32,000 nt of DNA from Schaalia meyeri. GTDB taxonomy: Bacteria; Actinomycetota; Actinomycetes; Actinomycetales; Actinomycetaceae. The notes under the pieces are model-generated. The model did no database searches and was not told the DNA's origin. It was given only the letters and a program-made list of their open reading frames with translations. Every line of letters starts with the position of its first letter. The stretch's first letter is position 1. Of this stretch, positions 16,677-25,706 are shown piece by piece. The stretch spans positions 1-32,000 of the forward strand of contig NZ_FNLK01000003.1 in NCBI RefSeq assembly GCF_900105015.1, written 5' to 3'. The translations under genes were made by a program, and so were the position numbers.

Positions 16677-17489
16677 ATGGCACGCTCATCTTCGTCACGC
16701 GACATCACGTTCGAAACGGATCAGGGATCGGCACGCATCCGCTGGGATGGTCCGCGCGCGACGCTGTTCCTTAACGACGTGGAATCCTCAGCGGTGGACA
16801 CCTCAGATCCCACATACCTGGAGTTCGAGTACATGCAGCACATGTTCGCGGTGGTCGCCTCCCTGTGGGGATCGAAGGACCGCTTCCGTGCCCTCCACGT
16901 TGGCGGCGCAGCGTGTGCTCTCGCGTGCGCCTGGTCAGCGTCACACGCACAATCGCGACACGTGGCCGTGGAGGTGGATCGCCTCCTCGCCCGCCAGGTG
17001 CGCGAGCACTTCCCCATCCCAAAGGCCCCACGGGTGAAGATCCGCGTGGGCGACGGCCGAACGGTCCTCGAAACGACCCGCGAGTCTTCCTTCGACGTGA
17101 TCGTGCGCGACGCTTTCGCTTCAGGGGCGACGCCGAATCACCTGCGCACCGTTGAGTGCGTTCGCCAGGCCCGCCGCGCGCTCACCGCTTCGGGCGTGTA
17201 CCTGGTGAACTGCGCGCACGGCGCGACGGCGAATGCCCGACAGGACGTGGCCGCCCTGCGCGAAGTGTTCCCGTTCGTCGCATCCATCCAGGACCCGAAG
17301 GTGGGACGTGGCGGCAGGCGAGGTAACGTCGTCGCCCTGGCCTGCGATCACGGCGTTGTCGATGCCAACGAGGTTGATCGCGCGCTGCGCATGCTCGCCC
17401 GCATCATGCGCCCCACTCAGCTCGAACGATGGGTGGCCGGGACCCCCGCGCTGACGGACTCGCAGATCGGGTACGAGCTCTCTGCCTAA
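16677..17489 (+). CDS. Spermidine-synthase-like class I SAM-dependent methyltransferase family protein
   Basis: YLEFEYMQHM...RALHVGGAACALA...VEVD...VRVGDGR...FDVIVRDAF matches the spermine/spermidine synthase-like fold. I prefer the ATG at 16677: a TACAGT -10-like hexamer ends 7 nt upstream and there is no SD, which suggests a leaderless mRNA. The alternative is GTG 16668. Confidence 0.7.
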   Translation: MARSSSSRDITFETDQGSARIRWDGPRATLFLNDVESSAVDTSDPTYLEFEYMQHMFAVVASLWGSKDRFRALHVGGAACALACAWSASHAQSRHVAVEVDRLLARQVREHFPIPKAPRVKIRVGDGRTVLETTRESSFDVIVRDAFASGATPNHLRTVECVRQARRALTASGVYLVNCAHGATANARQDVAALREVFPFVASIQDPKVGRGGRRGNVVALACDHGVVDANEVDRALRMLARIMRPTQLERWVAGTPALTDSQIGYELSA

Positions 17490-17540
17490 CGGGGCGCGAG
17501 GTTCCTTCCGATCCAGGGGCGTCGCCGGGGCGCCCGCCCC

Positions 17541-18614
17541 TTAGGCCCGATGCCGAGGCCTGGAGGGGCCGGGTCCCTGACCGTTGCGTCGCGCCTCTAT
17601 GCGCGCGAGCACGTCTTCGATGGTGTCGGGCTTAGAGGGAACCTGCTCTTCCTGCGCCAACGAGGGGCTGCGCACGGTTTTGCTCTCCGCATCCTGGGCG
17701 CGGGAAACCTGCGCCAGATACGCCTCAATGACGTCACCAATATCCTTGGGTGCTTTATCCTCGCCGCTGACGGCAGGGGGCTCGCCCATGCCCGGCAGCG
17801 GAATCGCTCCGTTTCCCCCAGTCCACGCGTCGAAATGTTCCTCGAGGGCTAAAACCGTGTGGGAGACCTCGGGGTTACCTTCGACGAGCTTTTCGATGTT
17901 CTCCTGATCCTGGGCGGCGCCCTGCTCGAGGTCACCGACGGGCAACGACAGATCCGCGAACTTGGCAAAGGACGTGAGCAGCGCCGACGAGGCAGCCGGG
18001 TAACCCGTGTCCGCCATGTAGTAGGGGACGGCCCCGAGCAACGCAAGCCCGCCGATACCTCGTTGACCCAACCGAATCTGTATGAATGTGGAAAGGGGCG
18101 ATGGGAACTGCATGTGATTGGTTATCCGACCGCCGGAGGGCAGGAGCGACGCGTCTGTGGCTTGGACGTGGACGGGCGTCGGGCGCGTGTGGGGTACGCC
18201 GGAGGGAACCCCGTGCAAGGAGAACGTGATCTCGACGCCAGCACGCTCGCAGATTGAGCTGATCGCGGTCGTAAAGGACTCCCAGTGCGCGTCCGGTTCC
18301 GCCCCGTGCAGGACCAGGATGGGGTTGCCCATGTCGTCAACGACCAGGTCCACAACGGTTTCAGGCATGACCATTTCCGGGGAGGCCACCCAGTTATCGA
18401 CGGTCACGACGGGCCGGTGGGAGCGGTAGTCCATGAGCGCGTCAGCATCGAAGGTCGCTACCCTCTCGTTGTGCAGGGAGCGCAACATCTGGCCAATGGC
18501 CATGCGCCCTGCCCCTCCAGCGTCAATCGCCCCATCGAAATGAATGAGGAGAATCTTCGCCTTCGCACCGGCGGCTGGACCGTCGGCGTATAGGTCAGTG
18601 GCGGTGATGCTCAC
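17541..18614 (-). CDS. PAC2 (proteasome assembly chaperone 2-like) family protein
   Basis: 357 aa from GTG 18614, with a perfect AGGAGG 4 nt upstream. The body resembles actinobacterial PAC2 proteins, and the acidic/Pro-rich tail is typical. The extra 128 N-terminal aa in the track ORF are Arg/Pro junk spanning the divergent promoter region. Confidence 0.75.
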   Translation of the reverse strand: MSITATDLYADGPAAGAKAKILLIHFDGAIDAGGAGRMAIGQMLRSLHNERVATFDADALMDYRSHRPVVTVDNWVASPEMVMPETVVDLVVDDMGNPILVLHGAEPDAHWESFTTAISSICERAGVEITFSLHGVPSGVPHTRPTPVHVQATDASLLPSGGRITNHMQFPSPLSTFIQIRLGQRGIGGLALLGAVPYYMADTGYPAASSALLTSFAKFADLSLPVGDLEQGAAQDQENIEKLVEGNPEVSHTVLALEEHFDAWTGGNGAIPLPGMGEPPAVSGEDKAPKDIGDVIEAYLAQVSRAQDAESKTVRSPSLAQEEQVPSKPDTIEDVLARIEARRNGQGPGPSRPRHRA

Positions 18615-18790
18615 GTATCCTCCTGATGTTCGATCTGCTCCCTCACCACTAACGTACCTGGGCCGCCCCGCCACGTCACGCGGGAGCTGATTTTGAGCTT
18701 GGGGCGAAGTCGCCCACACCCTCGCGCGGACGGGAGCGGGTGAGCGAAAAGTAAGCAACAATGGAGGACCATCAAAAGCGAGGAGGACCC

Positions 18791-21070
18791 ATGACCGAGC
18801 GCGCCGAGCAGGAGTCTTCGATGGGCCTTCCCTTGCCCGAACAGGATTTCGTCGATGACGCTTACGAGCGCCTGGACACGCTGCGCGCCTCCTACCGGGC
18901 ACGCCAGGGTCGCGTGCACTCGACCCACGGGGTCGGGAACGCTCAGGGATGGACCGAACGGGAAGCCCTGTCAGCCCACCTGGGCGAGATGGCGGCACGC
19001 CTGGAGGGCGTGGAAGAACGCCTGGTATTTGGTCGCCTCGATATGGCCGACCGGTCGGTCCATCACGTTGGCCGCCTGTCGCTCGCGCGCGAAGACGGCA
19101 CCCCGCTCCTGGTGGACTGGCGTGCCCCCGCCGCCCAACCGTTTTACCAGGCGACTTCGGCCGAACCGGACGGGGTCGTCAGGCGCCGCCACATTTCGAC
19201 CCGCGAGCGCCGCGTGACGGGGCTCGAGGACGAACTCCTGGATGCGTCGCGGGCATCGGGCATGGAGCTCCAGGGCGAGGGAGCCCTCATGCACGCGCTC
19301 AGCGAAGCTCGCGACGGCCGCATGGGTGATATCGTCGCAACCATTCAGGCCGAGCAGGACAGGATTATCCGCGCGTCCGACAAGGGGCTTCTGGTCGTGC
19401 AGGGCGGGCCGGGGACAGGAAAGACGGCGGTCGCTCTGCATCGCATCGCGTATCTCCTGTACGCGCACCGGGAGCGCCTGGAGCGTTCCGGCGTCCTGTT
19501 GGTGGCACCCTCCCACCTGTTCTTGCGCTATATCGAGCAGGTGCTGCCGTCGCTGGGTGAAACGGGGGTCGTGTCGGTGACGCTGGGCGATCTGGTGCCG
19601 GGAGTGCACGCACGCGCCAGCGAGAACGAGTCCGTGGCGCGGATTAAAGGCCTGCCAGCGTGGGCGAAGATCATCAAGGAAGCCGTGCGCGGCCTGGCGA
19701 AGCTCCCCGAGGGGGACCAGGTGCTGCACGTGTGGAACCGCGAGGTGACTCTGACGCGTTCGGACGTGGATACTGCCAGACGCAGGGCGAAGCGCTCGGG
19801 GCGCCAGCACAATGTCGCGCGCGGGTCTTTCGCGCGGGAGCTGATGGATGTTGTGGCGCTTCGTTTGGCGCGCGAGGCCGGCGACGCGGACAGCGAGGGG
19901 AGGGTCGAGGCGGAAGTGAAGCGTTCGTGGTTGGCCGAGATTCATGGCTCGGTGGATTGCCGGCGCGCGATCAACTCGGCGTGGATGCCGACGAGCGCGC
20001 AGACGCTCCTGGGCAGGCTCTATGCCCGTCCCGAGGTGTTGGCTGCGGCGAACAGACGGGCGGGGTCTCCCCTGCGTCCCGACGAGTTGGCGGCCCTCGT
20101 ACGGCCGCGCTCGGCCCCGTGGACAGTGTCGGATGTGCCGATCCTGGACGAGTGCGAGGAGCTGTTGGGGCCGATGCCGACTCGGTCGGCACCGTCGCGG
20201 GAACCGGATTCAGGCGACGTTGAGCGGGCGCGGGCAGCCATCGAGAGCCAGAATCTGGGCGGGGGTATCGTCACCGCCCAGATGCTCGCAGAGCAGGCGG
20301 CTGGCCAGGAATCATGGACCCCGCTGTCCGAGCGCGCAGCGAAGGATCGGACCTGGGCGTACGGCCACATCGTGGTGGACGAGGCTCAAGAGCTATCCCC
20401 CATGGCGTGGCGGTGCCTGTTGCGTCGATGCCCGTCGCGTTCACTGACCGTCGTGGGAGACCTGGACCAGCGGCGGGGCCACAAGCGGCCGCCGACCTGG
20501 GAAAAAGCGCTGGGGCCGGCGGCGCGCGCCCTCGCAGCCGAATATGCGCTGACCGTCTCGTACCGCACTCCCGCGACGCTCACAAGGCTCGCCGAGGGGG
20601 TCGTCGCCCGCGCCGGCGCCCCGGTCCTTCATCCGATGACCGCGGTGCGAGACGTGAAGGGATGCTATCGCGTGACCCGCGTGAACGCGCCACAGGCCGC
20701 CCCGACCTGTCCAGGCGAGGACGATCCCCTGCGAGAGGCCGCCCACGCCGCCCAGCGGCTGGCGGAGGACCGCCTGGACCGCGAGGCGGGCGCGTCCCAA
20801 GGACGCATCGCCGTGATCGTCGGCAACGAGCGCGCACGGGCGTGGGGGGCAGATGGCCTCGGCGAGACCGCCCTGTCCGAGCGCGTGTCGCTCCTGTCCG
20901 CCGTCGCTTCCAAGGGGCTCGAGTTCGATTCCGTCGTCCTGGTCGAACCCGAGGAGATTATGCGCGATGGCATCGGAGATCTCTTTGTCGCCCTGACCCG
21001 CGCCACCCACGACGTGCACGTCATCCACGCCGGTCCACTTCCGGCGGGGATGGAAGAGTGGTGTCAGTGA
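18791..21070 (+). CDS. helD: HelD-like UvrD-family ATPase (RNA polymerase-associated or recycling helicase-like protein)
   Basis: N-terminal FGRLDM...HVGRLSL...LVDWRAPAAQPFYQAT is the HelD signature. Walker A GGPGTGKT, Walker B VVDEAQELS, and a C-terminal KGLEFDSVVLVEP. AGGAGG lies 4 nt before the ATG at 18791. Confidence 0.85.
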   Translation: MTERAEQESSMGLPLPEQDFVDDAYERLDTLRASYRARQGRVHSTHGVGNAQGWTEREALSAHLGEMAARLEGVEERLVFGRLDMADRSVHHVGRLSLAREDGTPLLVDWRAPAAQPFYQATSAEPDGVVRRRHISTRERRVTGLEDELLDASRASGMELQGEGALMHALSEARDGRMGDIVATIQAEQDRIIRASDKGLLVVQGGPGTGKTAVALHRIAYLLYAHRERLERSGVLLVAPSHLFLRYIEQVLPSLGETGVVSVTLGDLVPGVHARASENESVARIKGLPAWAKIIKEAVRGLAKLPEGDQVLHVWNREVTLTRSDVDTARRRAKRSGRQHNVARGSFARELMDVVALRLAREAGDADSEGRVEAEVKRSWLAEIHGSVDCRRAINSAWMPTSAQTLLGRLYARPEVLAAANRRAGSPLRPDELAALVRPRSAPWTVSDVPILDECEELLGPMPTRSAPSREPDSGDVERARAAIESQNLGGGIVTAQMLAEQAAGQESWTPLSERAAKDRTWAYGHIVVDEAQELSPMAWRCLLRRCPSRSLTVVGDLDQRRGHKRPPTWEKALGPAARALAAEYALTVSYRTPATLTRLAEGVVARAGAPVLHPMTAVRDVKGCYRVTRVNAPQAAPTCPGEDDPLREAAHAAQRLAEDRLDREAGASQGRIAVIVGNERARAWGADGLGETALSERVSLLSAVASKGLEFDSVVLVEPEEIMRDGIGDLFVALTRATHDVHVIHAGPLPAGMEEWCQ

Positions 21071-21110
21071 CTGCGCCGGTGCTCTTACGCCCGTGGCCCG
21101 CACATCTGAC

Positions 21111-22328
21111 ATGATGGAAGCCATGACACGCGCACTGCTCCTGGAAAATCCGCACGCCATCGCCGACGAAGTTTTTGCCACGTTCGGTATCGAGGTCATC
21201 CGCGTCACGGGGGCGCTGTCTGAGGATGGTCTGATCGACGCGCTTGAGGACGTGGACTACCTGGGTCTTCGCTCAAAGACCGCGGTGACCAAGAAGGTCC
21301 TGCGCGCATGTGGGAATCTCAAGGCAATCGGCGCTTTTTGTATCGGCACGAACCAGATCGACCTGGCGGCCGCGACCGAGATGGGTATCGCCGTGTTCAA
21401 CGCCCCCTATTCGAATACGCGCTCCGTCGTGGAGTTGGCGATCGGCGAGATCATCGACCTGTCGCGTCGGGTCACCGTCAAGAATTCGCGCCTGCACCAG
21501 GGTGTGTGGGACAAGAGTGCGGACGGCGCCCACGAGGTGCGGGGACACACGTTAGGCATCATCGGTTACGGCAACATCGGTACCCAGCTTTCCGTCCTCG
21601 CAGAAGCCATGGGCCTCAACGTCATCTTCTACGATGCGGCCGAGCGCCTCGCCCTGGGCAATGCGACACAGATGCCGACCATGGAGTCCGTCCTGCGCGA
21701 AGCTGACGTCGTCTCGGTGCACGTCGACGGCCACGAATCCAACACGAACCTCATCGGGAGCAAAGAGTTCGCTCTCATGAAGGCTGGCGCCCTCTTCATC
21801 AACCTCTCCCGCGGTCACGTTGTTGACGTGGACGCGCTGCACGATGCTCTCGTCTCGGGCCACCTGGGGGGAGCCGCGATCGACGTGTTCCCTTTGGAAC
21901 CGCGCGCAAACGGGGACCCGTTCTCCTCCCCCCTGGCGAGCCTCGACAACGTGATCCTGACCCCCCACATCGGGGGATCGACGGAGGAAGCCCAGTACGA
22001 CATTGGCCGTTTCGTGGCCGCGAAGATTGGCGAATACCAGGCCAGCGGCTCCACCGACATGAGCGTGAACCTGCCGAACCTGACGATGAATATCAGCCCC
22101 CGTTCGCGCTACCGTGTACGTCTCATCCACCGCAATGTGCCGGGCGTTATGGCGCGTGTCAACCAGATCTTCGCCAGCTCGAAGGCAAACGTTGACGCGC
22201 AGATTCTCGCCACCGTCGACGAGGTCGGCTACGCGCTGACCGATATCTCCGCGGGCCTGGGACGAGAGGGTCTGGAGGAGCTGTCCCGCCTGCCTGAAAC
22301 GATCCGGCTGATCGCCAGCCCTCTGTGA
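21111..22328 (+). CDS. serA: D-3-phosphoglycerate dehydrogenase (E. coli-type, with C-terminal ACT domain)
   Basis: Collinear with E. coli SerA as I recall it: GLRSxT, CIGTNQIDL, VFNAPYSNTRSV, LGIIGYGNIGTQL, NLSRGHVVD, LTPHIGGSTEEAQ. The start is uncertain: GTG 21093, ATG 21111, ATG 21114 and ATG 21123 are all in frame. Confidence 0.9.
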   Translation: MMEAMTRALLLENPHAIADEVFATFGIEVIRVTGALSEDGLIDALEDVDYLGLRSKTAVTKKVLRACGNLKAIGAFCIGTNQIDLAAATEMGIAVFNAPYSNTRSVVELAIGEIIDLSRRVTVKNSRLHQGVWDKSADGAHEVRGHTLGIIGYGNIGTQLSVLAEAMGLNVIFYDAAERLALGNATQMPTMESVLREADVVSVHVDGHESNTNLIGSKEFALMKAGALFINLSRGHVVDVDALHDALVSGHLGGAAIDVFPLEPRANGDPFSSPLASLDNVILTPHIGGSTEEAQYDIGRFVAAKIGEYQASGSTDMSVNLPNLTMNISPRSRYRVRLIHRNVPGVMARVNQIFASSKANVDAQILATVDEVGYALTDISAGLGREGLEELSRLPETIRLIASPL

Positions 22329-22413
22329 GGCTGTCGCCTCCATCGCGCTCCCGGCTGGCCAAACGGCCCGAAAGTTACGGTATCGTAGGGTCATCATTCC
22401 CGAAGGAGGACAG

Positions 22414-24336
22414 ATGGACCTCACGTCATCGCTGCGTGCCCTGTACGCGCCCGGGGTGGCCTACGAGATCGCAACCCCAGACCGCCCCATCCCGGACATG
22501 GTTCTTCAGGTCGCCTCCCGTTACCCGAACCGCACCGCGATCGATTTTTTCGCGCGCAAGCTCACCTACGCCCAACTCGTGAAGGACATGCGCAGGTGCG
22601 CGGGAGCGCTACACCGGGCGGGCGTGCGTCCCGGTGACCGCGTCGCCCTGGTGATCCCGAACTGCCCCCAGCACGCGGTCGCGGTCCTGGGAACAATGCT
22701 GCTCGGGGCGATCGTCGTCGAACACAATCCCCTGGCCCCGTCCGACGAGCTTCGGGGAGAGTACGAGCGGCACGGCGCGCGCGTGACGATCGCCTGGTCG
22801 AAGTCCCTCGAGAAGCTGACTTTCCTCGGCAGGGGGCACACGACTTTTGCGTTGGATCTGACGACAGCGCTGCCTGCGGCCTCGAGGATGGCGCTTCGCC
22901 TGCCGCTCAAGGCTGCCCGAGAAAAGAGGGACAAGCTCTCCAGCCCGCACCCTCGGTGGGTCCGCTCGTGGTCACGAGCCCTGCGGGCCGCCGCACCCTG
23001 GGAGGGCGGGTGCCCCGCATCCATGGACGACATCGCGCTCCTCATCCATACCGGCGGCACGACCGGCGTCCCTAAGGCGGCCGCCCTCACGCACGCGAAC
23101 CTCATGGCCAACGTCGAGGAATCCATCGCGTGGGTTCCCGTCCTTCATGAGGGCGCCGAGGTCTTCTACTGCATCCTGCCGCTGTTCCACGCGTTCGGTT
23201 TCACGATCGGTTTCCTGGCGGGGCTGCGTCTTGGCGCGACCATCGCTATGTTCCCAAAGTTTGATACCGCGCTGGTTCTCGCCGCGCAGCGCCGCCTGCC
23301 CTGTACGTTCTTCCTGGGTGTACCGCCCATGTATGAACGCCTCCTGGCCGCCGCCGAGGGCACGCAGGCGGATCTGTCGTCCATTAGATTCTCCCTTTCG
23401 GGCGCGATGCCGCTGTCGGCGTCGTTGGCCGACCTGTGGGAGGAGGCGACCGGCGGGCTCATGATCGAGGGGTACGGCATGACCGAGGCCTCCCCTATTC
23501 TGCTCGGATCTCCGCTGGCGTCCTCGCGGGCACGCGGCGCCCTGGGGATCCCGTACCCATCGACGCAGATTCGTATCGTCGATCCCGAACATCCCGAGCG
23601 CGACGTGACTAACGGACAGGTCGGCGAGCTCATCGCGCGCGGCCCGCAGGTTTTTTCCGGCTACTGGAAGCAGGATGAGGAAACGGCCGAGGCGTTTACC
23701 ACCGACGGGTGGCTGCGCACGGGCGATCTGGTCCAGGTGCGCGACGGATTCATCTACATGGCTGATCGCCGCAAGGAGATGATCAACTCCTCGGGCTTCA
23801 ACGTCTACCCCTCGCAGGTGGAGGACGCCGTTCGCTCCATGCCGGGGGTGCGCGATGTCGCCGCGATCGGTGTTCCCGCCGGAGAGTCCGGAGAGGACGT
23901 TATCGCCGCTATTGTCTTAGAGGCGGGGGCTTCCGTGACACTGGCGGATCTGCGCAAGTGGGCGGAAAAATCATTGGCGCACTACGCTCTGCCCCGCCAA
24001 ATCGTCGTCATGACCGAGCTGCCGCGCTCCCAGCTGGGCAAGGTCATGCGCAAGAAGGTACGCGAGCAGATCATGGGCGCGCAGGCCGCGGCGTCAGGCG
24101 CCATGGCGGGGGCGCGTGAGGCCATGGTCGGGGCACGCGATTCTGTCTCCGAGGCGGTCGCCGGAGCGCGAGACGCAGCATCCGGGGCCGTCGCCGGTGC
24201 GCGAGAGGCTGTGTCCGAGGCCGTGGCGGGGGCGCGTGAGGCGGCCTCCGAAGCTTCCGCCGAGGCCGGGGCCGCAGTCCGGAGGTTGGCGTCGCAGGTG
24301 AACGAGCGACGCGGCGACGAGGAGGGGCGTCGGTAG
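22414..24336 (+). CDS. fadD: Long-chain fatty-acid--CoA ligase (AMP-forming adenylating enzyme) with a repeat-containing C-terminal tail
   Basis: AMP-binding motifs IHTGGTTGVPKAA, GYGMTEASP, TGDLV and the terminal catalytic GKVMRKK. GAAGGAGGA lies before the ATG at 22414. About 85 extra C-terminal residues carry 11-aa repeats. Confidence 0.88.
   Translation: MDLTSSLRALYAPGVAYEIATPDRPIPDMVLQVASRYPNRTAIDFFARKLTYAQLVKDMRRCAGALHRAGVRPGDRVALVIPNCPQHAVAVLGTMLLGAIVVEHNPLAPSDELRGEYERHGARVTIAWSKSLEKLTFLGRGHTTFALDLTTALPAASRMALRLPLKAAREKRDKLSSPHPRWVRSWSRALRAAAPWEGGCPASMDDIALLIHTGGTTGVPKAAALTHANLMANVEESIAWVPVLHEGAEVFYCILPLFHAFGFTIGFLAGLRLGATIAMFPKFDTALVLAAQRRLPCTFFLGVPPMYERLLAAAEGTQADLSSIRFSLSGAMPLSASLADLWEEATGGLMIEGYGMTEASPILLGSPLASSRARGALGIPYPSTQIRIVDPEHPERDVTNGQVGELIARGPQVFSGYWKQDEETAEAFTTDGWLRTGDLVQVRDGFIYMADRRKEMINSSGFNVYPSQVEDAVRSMPGVRDVAAIGVPAGESGEDVIAAIVLEAGASVTLADLRKWAEKSLAHYALPRQIVVMTELPRSQLGKVMRKKVREQIMGAQAAASGAMAGAREAMVGARDSVSEAVAGARDAASGAVAGAREAVSEAVAGAREAASEASAEAGAAVRRLASQVNERRGDEEGRR
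24079..24264 (+). repeat. In-frame 33-nt (11-aa) tandem repeats encoding A-R-[DE]-A-x-S-[EG]-A-V-A-G in the acyl-CoA ligase tail
   Basis: Units are AQAAASGAMAG / AREAMVG (a truncated 7-aa unit) / ARDSVSEAVAG / ARDAASGAVAG / AREAVSEAVAG / AREAASEASAE. They are degenerate at the DNA level but clearly periodic. Confidence 0.7.
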
Positions 24337-24403
24337 GGGGAGGGAAGGCCCGCACGAGGCGGTGACAAAGTGGCCTTCGGGGCGTCGCAGCCCCAGGTCA
24401 AGG

Positions 24404-25003
24404 CTAGTCGTCACCCAAAAGCGTTGGCCCGCCACCTGCCCGCTTGCGCGAGACGCGCGCCTTGCGTGACTTCTTCTTCGTTGTTGCGGGTGCAGCACAG
24501 GCCTGATCGGGCGCCCCTTCACCCGCGGGGGCGGGCTGCGCACCATCGCCCAAGGCCGACGTCCGCTCACGCAGCGCCTGGATGGCCCGCTCGAAGTCAT
24601 CAAGCGTATCGAACGCGCGATACACGGAAGCAAAACGCAGGTAGGCGATGACATCAAGTTCCCGCAGAAAGGGCAGAATCGCCTGACCGACCTCGTTTGT
24701 GGATACGTTGGAGACACCGGTGGACCGCAGCTGCTCTTCGACCTGCTGGGCCAGGATAGCAAGCTGATCGTCCGACACGGGCCTGCCCTGACAGGCCTTC
24801 TTCACACCCGAAACGACCTTGTTGCGCGAAAACGACTCGACCACACCCGAGCGCTTGACGACCTGGAACGAAGACGTCTCGAGCGTGGTGAATCGTTTCT
24901 TGCAGTGCGTGCACTCACGACGGCGCCGAATTGACGCGCCATCGTCCGCGATGCGCGTATCGACGACGCGCGAATCCGGGTTATGACAGAAGGGACAGTG
25001 CAC
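24404..25003 (-). CDS. nrdR: Ribonucleotide reductase transcriptional repressor NrdR (zinc ribbon plus ATP-cone) with a basic C-terminal extension
   Basis: MHCPFCHxxxSRVVDTR...CxxCxxRFTT zinc ribbon, then an ATP-cone. GTG start at 25003. About 50 extra residues end in [13 protein letters not shown]. Confidence 0.95.
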   Translation of the reverse strand: MHCPFCHNPDSRVVDTRIADDGASIRRRRECTHCKKRFTTLETSSFQVVKRSGVVESFSRNKVVSGVKKACQGRPVSDDQLAILAQQVEEQLRSTGVSNVSTNEVGQAILPFLRELDVIAYLRFASVYRAFDTLDDFERAIQALRERTSALGDGAQPAPAGEGAPDQACAAPATTKKKSRKARVSRKRAGGGPTLLGDD

Positions 25004-25052
25004 CCCTCAACGGTACACGCTCACCCCTTGGTCTGTCACAGTGTCCTACGCG

Positions 25053-25517
25053 CTACCGGACCGGAACAACAACGCGCTGCCCGGGCTGGAGAGCACCGCT
25101 GACATCATTCATGCGCTCAATATCGGCGACGACCTCCTCGAGCGGCCTGTCGGTATTCACGCTCTGCGCCAGCGACCACACCGAGTCGCCGCTAACGACG
25201 GCTTTCGTCACCGTCGGACCGTCGTAGGTGGCCGGCTGGAGAGCCAACCCCAGCGCACCGGCGCCCACCGACAACACGAGCGTTGCCAGCGCACCTGCGG
25301 CCAGCCCGCGATGCGCGAAACGCACACGTCGCCGCGGGGCTGCGGGCACTCGCAGGAAGGAGGGGTCGTCGCCGCGTTGCGCCACGACGCGACGACGCGC
25401 AGACGGAGCCGTTGAGATATCGCGGACCGTCGCCAGGGGCGTTTCCTGCAGGGGCCGCAGCGGGGACCGGCGCGCGGGGAAAGAGACTGCAGACTTCGAG
25501 GCGTAGGGAACGCTCAT
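25053..25517 (-). CDS. LysM-domain membrane protein, ChiZ (Rv2719c)/DivS-like candidate SOS-induced division inhibitor
   Basis: 154 aa from ATG 25517, with GGAGG 5 nt upstream. Arg-rich disordered N-terminus, a TM segment (LAAGALATLVLSVGAGALGLAL), and a C-terminal LysM (VVSGDSVWSLAQ...LQPGQRVVVP). Divergent from lexA, upstream of nrdR, with SOS boxes in its promoter. This matches the M. tuberculosis Rv2719c arrangement. Confidence 0.8.
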   Translation of the reverse strand: MSVPYASKSAVSFPARRSPLRPLQETPLATVRDISTAPSARRRVVAQRGDDPSFLRVPAAPRRRVRFAHRGLAAGALATLVLSVGAGALGLALQPATYDGPTVTKAVVSGDSVWSLAQSVNTDRPLEEVVADIERMNDVSGALQPGQRVVVPVR

Positions 25518-25539
25518 GGGAACCTCCAAAACAGATTCA

Positions 25540-25570
25540 TCGAACACATGTTCGTCGAACACCTGTACGA
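25540..25570. promoter_or_regulatory. Two abutting LexA (Cheo-type) SOS boxes
   Basis: TCGAACACATGTTCGT (25540-25555) and TCGAACACCTGTACGA (25555-25570) share one T. The actinobacterial consensus is TCGAAC-N4-GTTCGA. They lie 23-53 nt upstream of the LysM gene ATG. Confidence 0.85.
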
Positions 25571-25602
25571 TAGCATGCAACGTGGGCAATGTCGAGACCC
25601 GC

Positions 25603-25618
25603 TCGAACATATGTTTCA
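25603..25618. promoter_or_regulatory. Third, weaker LexA box on the lexA-proximal side
   Basis: TCGAACATATGTTTCA has a perfect left half-site and a degenerate right half. It lies 89-104 nt upstream of the lexA ATG. Confidence 0.6.
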
Positions 25619-25706
25619 TATTGCGTGAATTCGGCATATCCTTGACGTATCTGAGTAGACGACTACCCGTGCACATCTGCGTGAGCCTCAAGACGAAGGG
25701 GAAGCC

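Noticed and set aside
18700-18730. Short palindrome GGGCGA-AG-TCGCCC upstream of helD, considered as a rifamycin-associated element.
   Set aside because: It has only 6-bp arms and, from memory, does not match the longer RAE inverted repeat. I cannot verify it without a motif model, so I do not call it as a feature.
24337-24403. Hairpins GAAGGCC...GGCCTTC (21-nt loop) and GGGGC-N6-GCCCC between the convergent fadD and nrdR genes, considered as terminators.
   Set aside because: The stems are short (5-7 bp) and one loop is long. They are plausible but not strong enough to annotate confidently.
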